Below, in pieces: positions 9,145 to 18,977 of a DNA stretch of 64,000 bases. This stretch comes from an uncultured virus (IMG/VR IMGVR_UViG_3300000928_001655) (Duplodnaviria; Heunggongvirae; Uroviricota; Caudoviricetes). The stretch is taken from the IMG/VR virus record IMGVR_UViG_3300000928_001655. One strand, given 5' to 3'. The stretch's first letter is position 1. Every line of letters starts with the position of its first letter. The position numbers and the translations under genes were made by a program. The notes beneath the pieces were generated by a model. The model was not told where the DNA came from. It made no database searches and saw nothing but the letters and a program-made list of their open reading frames with translations.

Positions 9145-10715
9145 ACCCAATCCTCAATCACCAAATAATGTAGTCCAGTTCTCTTGAATGTATCTACAGC
9201 ATTCTGTGGTGTCTCGACAATAGGTTCCTGACAATTGAAACTCGTATTCAACAACATAGGAACGCCAGTCTCTTCCTTAAACGCACTAATCAGCTTCCAG
9301 TACTTCTCGTTAAAAGACTTGTCTACCGTTTGTATACGTGCAGTACCGTCGACGTGAACGATGCCTGGCACTACAGATTTCTTCTCTTCTTTGACAGGCA
9401 TGATGCGTGACATGTAAGGAGAGGGTTGATTCGTATCAAAGTATTCCTGATAGTCTTCGATCAATACAGATGGAGCGAATGGACGGAAGTCCTCTCGCTT
9501 CTTGATATCTCTATTGATGATGTTCTTAATCTCAGGGTTACGAGGATCTGCGAGGATGGATCGATTACCCAGTGCACGATTACCACTCTCTGATCTACCT
9601 TGATACCAACCTACAATCGCTCCGTTTGCAATTTCCTTCGCAATAAATGGATATATGTCATCCATATTCATTCGTTCATAATTCATATCACCAAAAATCT
9701 CTTCTTTTATTTCATGTTCAACGCCAGCATATACGGGCGGAATATGTGTATTGTTATTTAGGACATAGTCTGCCATCATATACATGCCCAAAGACTGTCC
9801 TTCATCACCAAGTGCAGGTGGAATGTACACGTTCTTGTATATCTTTGAGATCATTTCATTCATGTAACCGTTGTACGCCACACCACCACTCAGTGCCACA
9901 CTGTCAGATGTTTTATGTTCTTTTATCAAGTCCATTATACGGTCATAAGTTAACTGTTGCATCGTTGCAGCGAGATCTCTGCCAGGGATCTGTTTCTTGT
10001 TACAGAAAGAGAGAATTTCAGACTCGTGCATGGGAAGAAATTTATTAGAACCCCCATCCCTAGAAATTTCATCTAATACTGGATATAGTTGTTGATCCAC
10101 CTTACCGAATGCCGCTAAACCCATTACTTTACCAACTTCGTGATCTAACCAGATACGTCTATCCATTAATTTACCAACTATCGAAGTGGTTGCAATCCAT
10201 GTTCTACCAAGATTGAAAGTATTGCTTAGGTTCGTAACGTTCTGATCTTTGTCGGCAATGAAACTTGTAAACCTGTTACCCCCACCATCAATCGCAAATA
10301 CATCACATTCGTCAAATCCACTTTGGATGTATGAATACGCCGCATGAGCCTGATGATGATCCGCATAGAATAGGTTATCTTTATAATAGTGTTCGAAAAG
10401 AGTCTTTGGATTGTAGTCTAATAACGCCTCTTTGTGAGGAATGAGATCTGACCAGAATCTAAAAAAAGCATTATTTCTAGGTATAGACATCGCCATGACA
10501 TCATATTCATTCCACTGTGGAGTGATTACATTTTCATAGTGGAGCATCATCCCATAATCATTTGGATGACAGGATTTGAGATCTCTTGGTGTTGGATCTG
10601 CTCTTGTTCCAATTCTGTTACCTTTGACACGTGAATATCTTTCGGCAACCCAATGAGTTTTACCATCATACCATGTTTGATCATGTGATGTTAATGCAGA
10701 TCCAATTAATTTCAT
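9132..10715 (-). CDS. carbamoyltransferase, NodU/CmcH/TobZ family, full length
   Basis: HHQAHA, IDGGG, GKVMGLA, LSGGVAYN, GRSESGNRALGNRSILADP, REDFRPFAP, HVDGTARIQ, LLNTSFN. Confidence 0.93.
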   Translation of the reverse strand: MKLIGSALTSHDQTWYDGKTHWVAERYSRVKGNRIGTRADPTPRDLKSCHPNDYGMMLHYENVITPQWNEYDVMAMSIPRNNAFFRFWSDLIPHKEALLDYNPKTLFEHYYKDNLFYADHHQAHAAYSYIQSGFDECDVFAIDGGGNRFTSFIADKDQNVTNLSNTFNLGRTWIATTSIVGKLMDRRIWLDHEVGKVMGLAAFGKVDQQLYPVLDEISRDGGSNKFLPMHESEILSFCNKKQIPGRDLAATMQQLTYDRIMDLIKEHKTSDSVALSGGVAYNGYMNEMISKIYKNVYIPPALGDEGQSLGMYMMADYVLNNNTHIPPVYAGVEHEIKEEIFGDMNYERMNMDDIYPFIAKEIANGAIVGWYQGRSESGNRALGNRSILADPRNPEIKNIINRDIKKREDFRPFAPSVLIEDYQEYFDTNQPSPYMSRIMPVKEEKKSVVPGIVHVDGTARIQTVDKSFNEKYWKLISAFKEETGVPMLLNTSFNCQEPIVETPQNAVDTFKRTGLHYLVIEDWVCKK

Positions 10716-11773
10716 TTGAATATATCTTCTGTTACCTCATGAACTTTTCCTGCAAATGGTTCTGGAATATCTTTCCTACCATTCAGAACATAGTTACAAT
10801 GCATGTAAAGACCCATAGACTGACCTTCGTCACCAGGCGCATTTGGTACAAAAACATTTTCCCAATGTTTGGTATATTTTTCGTTGAGATATCCATTGTA
10901 AGATACACCCCCTGCAACACACAGATTGTTTGATGTCTTATGTGGTAGGATTGTGTCTAGTACAATTTCATTTGTAAACTTCTGAAGAGTGAATGCCATG
11001 TCTTCTTTCCACATCGCATCATTAGTGTAAGGATCGAAGAACTTTTCTTCTGGCCAATACTTACCGTCTTTCACTTTGAACTCTTCGAACATCAGATAGA
11101 AAATATCTTCCCATCTTGGTGAATACTTACCGAACCCTGCAAGTCCCATTAACTTACCTTCGTTAAGAACACCAAATCCACCAAGTCGTGTCATGACATT
11201 CCACAACCAACCAACTGGAAGATCGTTACTTAGATTGATTATCTCTTGTGTATCTGATGGAATAAAAATAGCTCTGAATGTATTACCTTGTCCATCAATG
11301 ATAAAGATATCTGATTCTTCATAACCAGAGGATAGGAACGTGTGTGCGGCATGACACTGATGATGATCTGCGTAATAGACATTGTCTTTCGTCAGATGAT
11401 CCCAAAGATGTTCTGGTACATACTCGTCTGTTTCTTTGGCGAAGTCATTACCAAGTTTATGGAAGTACGCATCTCTACCATAGAGTTTCACTCCATTGAC
11501 TGTTATATTAGTCGCAAAGATTTCGTCACTGTCAACGTGACTATCCCAAAGGTTATTATACATGTTTTGAAAAGGAATTTGTTCATTGATAACTTTGTTA
11601 TCTAGATCCTTATACCATCTGCGTTGTTGTTCGACACTCGCACCGTATTTTAGTTTCCAGTAACAATGTTTACGACGAGAAGAATCATCATACCTTTCAT
11701 ATTGTATGTGATATTCTCCATCGTATGTGTTGTGATCATGTAAGTTTAGAGGTTGGGCAAAGATCTTTTTCAT
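10712..11773 (-). CDS. carbamoyltransferase, N-terminal (Kae1-like) domain only
   Basis: HHQCHA, IDGQG, EGKLMGLAGFG, AGGVSYNG, PGDEGQSMG; lacks the C-terminal GNRSIL/RPFAP domain. Confidence 0.85.
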   Translation of the reverse strand: MKKIFAQPLNLHDHNTYDGEYHIQYERYDDSSRRKHCYWKLKYGASVEQQRRWYKDLDNKVINEQIPFQNMYNNLWDSHVDSDEIFATNITVNGVKLYGRDAYFHKLGNDFAKETDEYVPEHLWDHLTKDNVYYADHHQCHAAHTFLSSGYEESDIFIIDGQGNTFRAIFIPSDTQEIINLSNDLPVGWLWNVMTRLGGFGVLNEGKLMGLAGFGKYSPRWEDIFYLMFEEFKVKDGKYWPEEKFFDPYTNDAMWKEDMAFTLQKFTNEIVLDTILPHKTSNNLCVAGGVSYNGYLNEKYTKHWENVFVPNAPGDEGQSMGLYMHCNYVLNGRKDIPEPFAGKVHEVTEDIFK

Positions 11774-12582
11774 TATCCAACCATCTTATCAAGTATCTTT
11801 TCCATCATTAAAGCTTCGACTCCACTGTCTCGTCTGGACAATTTCTCTGTACAGTTCTGACAATACTTCTCGAACTCGAATAATTCAAAGTTCATCATCT
11901 TATCAATATTTTCTTGTGTCACGTCAAAGTGCCGTGAACCATTGATCACCTTCTTACTACAGTGCCTAATCTTTTTCAATTCGAAATCAATTACTGGAAC
12001 ACGAGGGAACAAAGAACACATTCGTCTTGTCATCTCTGGTTCCTGATCGAACTTATCATAGGTGGGTGATCGTGAGTTGTATTCTTTGAACTGTGTGTTC
12101 TTGTGGTATAGATGCATAAGACCATGCTTCTTTCTATACTCTTCAAAGTTCGGTGTCATAATAATCAGATTATAATTGTTGTTATCATTCACTGTTAAGA
12201 AGTCATAGTTACCTAACTTTTCAATACGGTCTTCATAGAAGTCCAACACTAAGTGTTCCACATAATGGACTGCAGGATCATCTAAGATGTGAGGATAGAA
12301 TTTCCGAATCAAACTGTTAGACAGAACAACTGGCGTGAGATTAGGATATTTCTTAATCTCATCGATGACTTCATCTAAGTTGTTAGTAAGTGCAGGTTCA
12401 CCACCAAGTAGGTTGATCCTCGCTTTGTATGGACTTAACCATTTGAGTAACGGTGATATGAAATCCATGTCCACATCTAAGTTACGCATCTCAGTTGTCC
12501 ACGCAGTACAATAGTGGCAAGATTTGTTACAAGACTTTGTAAGATAAAAGTCTATACCAAATCCAAAGGCTTCTGATGACAT
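11773..12582 (-). CDS. radical SAM protein
   Basis: CNKSCHYC, LLGGEP; further C-terminal Cys (CQNC). Confidence 0.9.
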   Translation of the reverse strand: MSSEAFGFGIDFYLTKSCNKSCHYCTAWTTEMRNLDVDMDFISPLLKWLSPYKARINLLGGEPALTNNLDEVIDEIKKYPNLTPVVLSNSLIRKFYPHILDDPAVHYVEHLVLDFYEDRIEKLGNYDFLTVNDNNNYNLIIMTPNFEEYRKKHGLMHLYHKNTQFKEYNSRSPTYDKFDQEPEMTRRMCSLFPRVPVIDFELKKIRHCSKKVINGSRHFDVTQENIDKMMNFELFEFEKYCQNCTEKLSRRDSGVEALMMEKILDKMVG

Positions 12583-13679
12583 TATAAAATTCCTGTGATT
12601 GACTCTATGACTGTATTTATTTCATCGTCCGTAAGGAAAGGATTGATAGGAAGTGACATAACTGTCCTTGATGCGTTCACTGAGTTGGGTGTATCACAGT
12701 TATATCCATTCAATACTGGATTTTCTGTAAGTGAACAATCATAGTGGACTTTAGGACTCCACTTCTTTGACATCTTGATAGACTGTATTACGAAGTCTCT
12801 CGTCTCTTGATCATCGAACCGTACCACGTATTTGTGGTAATTGTGTTGCAACGTACTACGAGGTTTCTGTGCTTGCGTGATGAGTTTTCTCTTAAACGCT
12901 GCATCATACTTCTTTGCAATCTCTTGTCGTTTGGATTGCCAGACTGTTAAGTGTTGTAATCTCCAATTGATGACCTCTGCATTTGGTACATATAGTTTAG
13001 AGTTCATAGACCCAGGCACTACGAACAACTCTCCCTGTTTACCGTGTCGACGCATTGACATAACTCTTTGTGCCATGTCTTTATCGTTAGTCATAAACAT
13101 ACCACCGCCTGCAAGACCTGCGATAACCTTGTTTGAATTGAAACTTAAAACACTGCAGTCACCAATAGTTCCTGCTTTACGACCATCAAGACTTGACCCA
13201 AGACCTTGTGCGGCATCCTCTACGAAAAGAATACCTTTGTCTTTACACCAATCTTCAATCTCTCTAGTGTCATTCATAGATCCATACAAGTGAGTATAAA
13301 TGAGTGCCTTGGTATTGTCAGTGTAGTTGTCTTTGATAGACTGGAAGTCTAGGTGATAGGTGTCGATATCGATGTCTGCGAATACAGGTGTTGCACCTAC
13401 ACGTGTGATGCACGTTGCAGAGGATATCCATGAGAAGTTTGTCACAATAACTTCGTCACCTGCACCAATACCATTCGATGCTAGTGCGAAGTATAGTCCA
13501 TCTGTTGCGTTTGCGACACCAACGGCATAATAACGACCTGTAAATCGTTCAATGTTCTTCTCTAGGAATTCAACACTACCATCATATTCTTTTCTCATCG
13601 CTTTGTCAAGTAGGGTATGGTAGTGAGACTGGTTATAGTCCCACTCACGATCCCATGCATCATAAGGTATCAATTTCAA
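12582..13679 (-). CDS. DegT/DnrJ/EryC1/StrS PLP-dependent sugar aminotransferase
   Basis: ANATDGL, GAGDEVI, EDAAQGLG, SFNSNKVIAG..GG, SLPINP; TTG start with AGGAG RBS. Confidence 0.93.
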   Translation of the reverse strand: MKLIPYDAWDREWDYNQSHYHTLLDKAMRKEYDGSVEFLEKNIERFTGRYYAVGVANATDGLYFALASNGIGAGDEVIVTNFSWISSATCITRVGATPVFADIDIDTYHLDFQSIKDNYTDNTKALIYTHLYGSMNDTREIEDWCKDKGILFVEDAAQGLGSSLDGRKAGTIGDCSVLSFNSNKVIAGLAGGGMFMTNDKDMAQRVMSMRRHGKQGELFVVPGSMNSKLYVPNAEVINWRLQHLTVWQSKRQEIAKKYDAAFKRKLITQAQKPRSTLQHNYHKYVVRFDDQETRDFVIQSIKMSKKWSPKVHYDCSLTENPVLNGYNCDTPNSVNASRTVMSLPINPFLTDDEINTVIESITGIL

Positions 13680-13701
13680 ACTCCTGTACGTATTTTAGTG
13701 T

Positions 13702-13730
13702 ATTATACCATTAAAGATTCGATTTGTCAA
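13702..13730 (-). promoter_or_regulatory. sigma70-type promoter driving the degT-to-gp32 run
   Basis: TTGACA-17 nt-TATAAT with TG extension. Confidence 0.75.
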
Positions 13731-16047
13731 GTTCATATGACCCATCATCGTGTTCTTTTTCTGTCATTTTTGCAGTTTTTCCCCAAGACTCTATAAGAGC
13801 TTTTCTTTCTTCTGTCATGGGTCTGGGTTCATAGAACTCTTCAAGTTCTGGGAAGACATCAAACAAATGCATCTCCCATCTTGTTCCCTCATAGTATTTA
13901 TCTTGAAGTAACAAGTACTCAAAAATGTCTTGAAGATCTACGTGTTTTTCTGCAGGACGACTTAATGCCGCTTGAATATCTGGCCATTCTGCATATTTTG
14001 GTATCAGATCTTTTTTGATCTTCTCTGGTAGATTGTTAGTTCTCAACGCAGGAGGGTTCTCTAACATCGCCCAGTTCAACTGATCAATAACAGGATTTTG
14101 TTTACACCAATCAACCACTTCATAGAACCTCATTGCACTCAAGAAAGATACTAGTCCGTTAAAGTCCACAACTGCGTTGTCAAATGCACCACAGAGTTCA
14201 ACGTTCTTCTCAACCTTTGCCCAGTCAGTTCTTCTACGCATGTATTCGATTACTGGACCGACACCGTCAACTGATGCAACAACTGCAACATGATTGAAGT
14301 AAGGAATATAGGTAAGAAGATTGTGTTTACCTGCCTTGGTTTCTGTCAAGTTAGTTTGGTACTTCAGAGAAATTTTCTTTGAGTGTCCACGATCAATCAG
14401 TGCGTCCAACATTTCATATTGTTTTTTCATAATCAAAGGTTCACCACCAATGATTTTGATACTCTTAATATAAGGTGCAAGTTCAACAATCTGATCGACA
14501 GATCCCTGTGTCTTATCTCTTAAAACACTTTGTACAAGTCTTCCATTTGGATTAGAGTTCTCACCGTGTGTGTAAGATGACCACACTCCTTTAGTAACCA
14601 CACCAGCTTTCAAACTTTTCATTCGTGTAGTAGAATTAATGAAGTCACACATGTAACAATCAATATTACATTCTGATCCATAGATCTTTAACTGGACTTC
14701 GAATATTCTTTCACTTGGTGTATTGAACTCTTCTTTATAGTAGTGAGAGTTCTTAATCTTAAACTGACCAGTTTTTCTAAACTTGTCTACCTTCGACTCA
14801 ATCTTATTCCAGAAAGGTGGATCATTCGTATGGATCTTCAAACAGTTGGTACGTCTTGAACGACCATACTTCTCTTCATCTGTATAACATCGGTTGCAGA
14901 TCTTTTTAACGTTCCTCAGATCAGATCCAGGCGTTGTCATCTCACGTCTGATAGAGTTCATGTATTCACTATCTTCCATCCACTCAACAAGACTTACATC
15001 TTCTACTGACACACCACTTGATGCACCGAAACAACATGCCTGATACATACCGTCAAGTTCTGCATAGATCTGAGTAAATGGAATAGTACAGAAAAAGATA
15101 TCTTTTGCCTTTGCGAGTTGAACAATTGAATTGTCCAACGCAGTTGTCATCTCACCTTTTTCGTCCATGTTCTGCCACCATGCGGCAGTACTGATATGGC
15201 CTGGAGTGTTCTTATCGCCAGGTCCGCCTTTAGTAAGATGGATGGGGTGATCTTTCCATACAACTGGTAGATCTCCAACTGGCCAGTCAAACGCCCATGC
15301 TTTTTCCTCACACCAGAAACACATTCTACATTCTGTTGTACCATCACAGGTTAAGTATGGAGATGTCCCAACGCAAGATCTACATATAGGAAACAAATCT
15401 GACATCAAACCATTTTCAATGAAAACACCTGCGACAAACTTCTTATCTACATTACAATAAGGTTGATAGATGTTGAATGGTGGCCATTTAGTACTCAGTC
15501 TCCACTCTTCTATTGTGTCGAGTTCTTGATCTCTGCGTCTTTCGCCCTTCTCAAAGAAATCTAGTTTGCGCATTTCTTCTGAAGGTGGGTTGCGTGTCAT
15601 ACCATCAAGACGAATCGCATTAGGATCGACTTTCTGTGCCTTTTCCATCATTGCCCAAGAAATTCTATCTACTTGAATAATCTTCGAGACTTGTCTTCGT
15701 CTCGGCATAGCTGCAAATGTTTCATTCTGTGCAGTGATCTCATCTACCTCTGCGTGAGTAATGAAGGTTTCATCCTTGTCATTGAAGTCATGGATCTCAA
15801 TAGGTGGAATATTATTGTCTGGGAATTTGTTTTGCATCCACTCAACAATCAAACGTGCCGCAACCGCATCTTTCGGTGCGTTTTGATCTCGACATGTATA
15901 TGGTACAAGTTGTACTTGTGGAAAATGTTTTGAAACCAAATACATGAGACTACAAGAGTCAAGTCCACCCGACATAGAGATAGGACATAATTTTGGAATT
16001 GTGTCTGGAAACAAGTTTATTGTTTGATCACCGTGTGTAATTTTCAT
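13711..16047 (-). CDS. fusion of QueC-like PP-loop ATPase, N-terminal twitch domain and radical SAM core
   Basis: SMSGGLDS, RSC..CRMCFWC; then CTIPF..ACC..CNRC; then CNIDCYMC and GGEPL. Confidence 0.85.
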   Translation of the reverse strand: MKITHGDQTINLFPDTIPKLCPISMSGGLDSCSLMYLVSKHFPQVQLVPYTCRDQNAPKDAVAARLIVEWMQNKFPDNNIPPIEIHDFNDKDETFITHAEVDEITAQNETFAAMPRRRQVSKIIQVDRISWAMMEKAQKVDPNAIRLDGMTRNPPSEEMRKLDFFEKGERRRDQELDTIEEWRLSTKWPPFNIYQPYCNVDKKFVAGVFIENGLMSDLFPICRSCVGTSPYLTCDGTTECRMCFWCEEKAWAFDWPVGDLPVVWKDHPIHLTKGGPGDKNTPGHISTAAWWQNMDEKGEMTTALDNSIVQLAKAKDIFFCTIPFTQIYAELDGMYQACCFGASSGVSVEDVSLVEWMEDSEYMNSIRREMTTPGSDLRNVKKICNRCYTDEEKYGRSRRTNCLKIHTNDPPFWNKIESKVDKFRKTGQFKIKNSHYYKEEFNTPSERIFEVQLKIYGSECNIDCYMCDFINSTTRMKSLKAGVVTKGVWSSYTHGENSNPNGRLVQSVLRDKTQGSVDQIVELAPYIKSIKIIGGEPLIMKKQYEMLDALIDRGHSKKISLKYQTNLTETKAGKHNLLTYIPYFNHVAVVASVDGVGPVIEYMRRRTDWAKVEKNVELCGAFDNAVVDFNGLVSFLSAMRFYEVVDWCKQNPVIDQLNWAMLENPPALRTNNLPEKIKKDLIPKYAEWPDIQAALSRPAEKHVDLQDIFEYLLLQDKYYEGTRWEMHLFDVFPELEEFYEPRPMTEERKALIESWGKTAKMTEKEHDDGSYELDKSNL

Positions 16048-16056
16048 TTGTTTGCC

Positions 16057-16626
16057 CTAACTATCTTTCATTCGTTCTAGTTCTGCGATAAAATCTATCG
16101 ACTGTACAACACCTGCTTCTTTTGATTTACGCCAGAAGTCTGCAAATGCAACTATGTTTCTTTCTTTTTGATCTCTACCTGCGGCTTGGTACTCAATACA
16201 CATTGGTAAATAGACTTTCACATCGTGACCTTCTTTTGCCCATGGAATTGCAGAATACGGTGTTTGATCTAATACACACCCTTTTGTATTTGTACCACCA
16301 AAGATAACTCTTCGAGGAATTACACCTTTATCAAACAACATAGTTTCGATGCTATGTATTGTGGGATATCTCACAGGATCTATTTGAACCCACCTGTGGA
16401 AGTCGTCAGCCTCTACCTGTTTGCGCAATTCGTTCATTTTAAACTCAGATTCTCTTTTATGATCTGACAAGATTATGAATTTCTTATGTCTACCAAAGAG
16501 CAAACCTCTCAGAGTACTCCAACGAAGTTCTTCAGACGCTTCATCTGTTGACAGGGGATGTCCTTCGAAATGAATAAGGACAATAACATCTCTTAAATGA
16601 GCTTGTTTCTTTTTATTCTTTGCCAC
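16057..16626 (-). CDS. isochorismatase/cysteine hydrolase-like protein
   Basis: VIVLIHFE and VIFGGTNTKGCV resemble the GxxTxxCV motif. Confidence 0.5.
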   Translation of the reverse strand: MAKNKKKQAHLRDVIVLIHFEGHPLSTDEASEELRWSTLRGLLFGRHKKFIILSDHKRESEFKMNELRKQVEADDFHRWVQIDPVRYPTIHSIETMLFDKGVIPRRVIFGGTNTKGCVLDQTPYSAIPWAKEGHDVKVYLPMCIEYQAAGRDQKERNIVAFADFWRKSKEAGVVQSIDFIAELERMKDS

Positions 16627-18043
16627 GTTCTAACACTCCACTATCGTACATTTTCTCGTGTAAGTCCTTACCCATCCAGTAAGGTTTCAATTCTGGATAT
16701 AGATCCCATAGACTACCTTTAAAATCAGAGTTTCTATATCTTAGATCCATCCTCAACAAATAATCAAACGTGTCTTGATAACTCAGACCACCGTTATCTT
16801 CTCTTAGTACCTGTTGAATGTCTGGGAAGTTATCATACTTAGGTATCAACTCCTGTTTAAGATCGTAAGGTAATACGTTTGCAGCTAACAGTTTGGGGTT
16901 TCTGATTTCCGACCAGTTCATCATAGACAACCAGTCATCATTTGCTTCTGCCCATTCAATTAATTCGTAGAACCTAATAACACTCAGGAAGTTGATAACT
17001 CCATTAATATTAATTCTAACATTAGGGAACTCAAGAACTGTTTTAATATTCGCCTGGATTGTTTCCCAATTTGATTTACGTCTCATGTAATCGTTATATT
17101 TACCAACACCATCAAGAGATATTGTGAATTCAAATATATCGAAATGAGGAATGTAATCAAGAATATTCTTCTTACCGTTTGGACCATCTAATTCAAGAGA
17201 TGCCATGTTAGTTTGGTACTTAACCATTATTTCTTTAGAATGTCCAGATTCTACGATACCATCAAAGACATCGTAGAATGATTTCATTACAAGTGGTTCA
17301 CCGCCAATAAATTTTAGATTACGTATATACGGTGCAAGCCTTACAATGTTATCAGCAAACTTTGATTGCACCTGTCTCTTTGGATTATCGTTTGGCAACA
17401 GTGATCTTGCAGCGAAAACTTTTTGTCCCTGCATCGATTGCGATTGCATAGTCTGTGATCGTGTCGACGAATCAAATGGCATACACATAAAACAATCAAG
17501 ATTACATGTGTTACCAAAAGTCTTGATTTGCATTTCGAAAACTCTGGATTGCATTCTTGCCTTACCAGTGTCTCTGAAAACCTGAACTGCTTCTGCAATC
17601 ATTGGCCAAATACCAACATCATTTGTTTGGATTTTTAGAGATGCCTGTCTACGTGATCTTCCATATTCTTTTTCTTGTCTAATACAGTGCTCGCAGACAT
17701 GTTTACAAGTCTCCAAAGGATCGTTTGGAGTTGTCATCTCTTTGCGCATCTTATTGAGAGTTTTATCATGGACAAAATAGTCTTCGATACTTTTCTCTCT
17801 GATGTTTGGTGGTTCATCATCTGGTGCTTCCATTGCCCAAGAACAAGGTAGGAATCGTCCCTTCACATCCGTATAGAGTAATTGAAACGGCGCAGAACAA
17901 AACCAGATGTCACCATCTCTGATTTGATCTTCGAAGAGTTTAAACTCTTGAAACCAAGAACTCATGTCAACAGTACCATCACCAAGGTACATGTCGCCAG
18001 GACCACCCTTCCAGAGGTGTGATTGGTTACTGTTGTTACTCAT
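16613..18043 (-). CDS. twitch-domain radical SAM protein, paralog of the C-terminal part of 13711..16047
   Basis: CSAPF..LPCS..CEHC, CNLDCFMC, GGEPL, KYQTN. Confidence 0.9.
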   Translation of the reverse strand: MSNNSNQSHLWKGGPGDMYLGDGTVDMSSWFQEFKLFEDQIRDGDIWFCSAPFQLLYTDVKGRFLPCSWAMEAPDDEPPNIREKSIEDYFVHDKTLNKMRKEMTTPNDPLETCKHVCEHCIRQEKEYGRSRRQASLKIQTNDVGIWPMIAEAVQVFRDTGKARMQSRVFEMQIKTFGNTCNLDCFMCMPFDSSTRSQTMQSQSMQGQKVFAARSLLPNDNPKRQVQSKFADNIVRLAPYIRNLKFIGGEPLVMKSFYDVFDGIVESGHSKEIMVKYQTNMASLELDGPNGKKNILDYIPHFDIFEFTISLDGVGKYNDYMRRKSNWETIQANIKTVLEFPNVRININGVINFLSVIRFYELIEWAEANDDWLSMMNWSEIRNPKLLAANVLPYDLKQELIPKYDNFPDIQQVLREDNGGLSYQDTFDYLLRMDLRYRNSDFKGSLWDLYPELKPYWMGKDLHEKMYDSGVLERGKE

Positions 18044-18977
18044 CTTTTAATGATCCTTTAAGTGGGTTCTCATTAATAGGTTGTTGCCAAGATATCTTTT
18101 CAACACCCTGATCTGTTTTACCATCTGGCGCAATTCTCAATCCAAAATCAAAATCTTCGTCTGACATCACTTTCCAAGGTGCTCTGTTTTCTTGTTGTTG
18201 TAAAACGGTTTGTTCTGGCGGGGGTGGAGGGTTTTCTTCCAACCAACGTCTTCTTGGAATGTTATGCCAACTCTCTAGTTGTTTGGTTCTGTGTGCCCAG
18301 TACTCTTTCTTTACTCTTGCTTCTCTATGCTTTGCATCAGGTGCGCCTAATTTAAAGTCAACGTTATCTCTGAGTAACGGATTGTCTGTACGGAAACCTC
18401 TATTAGTATTCACCACAAGTAGTGCAAAGTCTTCCTCTTTGGCGATCTCAATTGCACGTTCTAGTTCATGTTCGTTGTAACCAAAGACGATATACTGCCA
18501 TACAATACAGTGTCCTAAATCACGACCTTGTTTCATACGCTTCCATACGTCATCAAAATTAGAACCAATACGATAGAGTTCACTCTTCTTGTCAATACCA
18601 TCTACACCAAAGTACCAAGCGTTCTCACCTACACCATAACTATATGCTTCGTCCCACCACTTATCTGGTTTACCACTACCGACTGTTGCAATACGAACTG
18701 CTTTCTTCTTACCATCACATATCTTTAGAAGGCTTAAGAAGTCTTTGTGGTAGATTGGATCTGAGATTTGACCACAGAAAGTAATGCCGTAATCATAGTA
18801 GTCCAATATCTTTTTAAATTGTTCTGGTTCCAAGTCAAAAGATCTACGAATTTGCGTTTGACTCGTAGTCTTCTGTCTAATGCACTGAGGGCATTTGAAA
18901 ATACATCTATGCGAAGTGTCAATGTTCGGACGACTTCGTCTCTGATTTTTTACGTACAGATCAGTTATTCGACTCAT
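18036..18977 (-). CDS. radical SAM protein
   Basis: CIFKCPQC, CGQISDP, FGVDG, WQYIVFGYNEHE. Confidence 0.88.
   Translation of the reverse strand: MSRITDLYVKNQRRSRPNIDTSHRCIFKCPQCIRQKTTSQTQIRRSFDLEPEQFKKILDYYDYGITFCGQISDPIYHKDFLSLLKICDGKKKAVRIATVGSGKPDKWWDEAYSYGVGENAWYFGVDGIDKKSELYRIGSNFDDVWKRMKQGRDLGHCIVWQYIVFGYNEHELERAIEIAKEEDFALLVVNTNRGFRTDNPLLRDNVDFKLGAPDAKHREARVKKEYWAHRTKQLESWHNIPRRRWLEENPPPPPEQTVLQQQENRAPWKVMSDEDFDFGLRIAPDGKTDQGVEKISWQQPINENPLKGSLKDE

Noticed and set aside
13711..16047. 7-deazaguanine (preQ0) DNA modification pathway
   Set aside because: Only a QueC-like domain is visible; no folE, queD or dpdA/tgt is recognisable in the window.
18215..18232. Poly-proline tract (NPPPPPE) in a radical SAM tail
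   Set aside because: A single low-complexity linker with mixed codons; no repeat structure.
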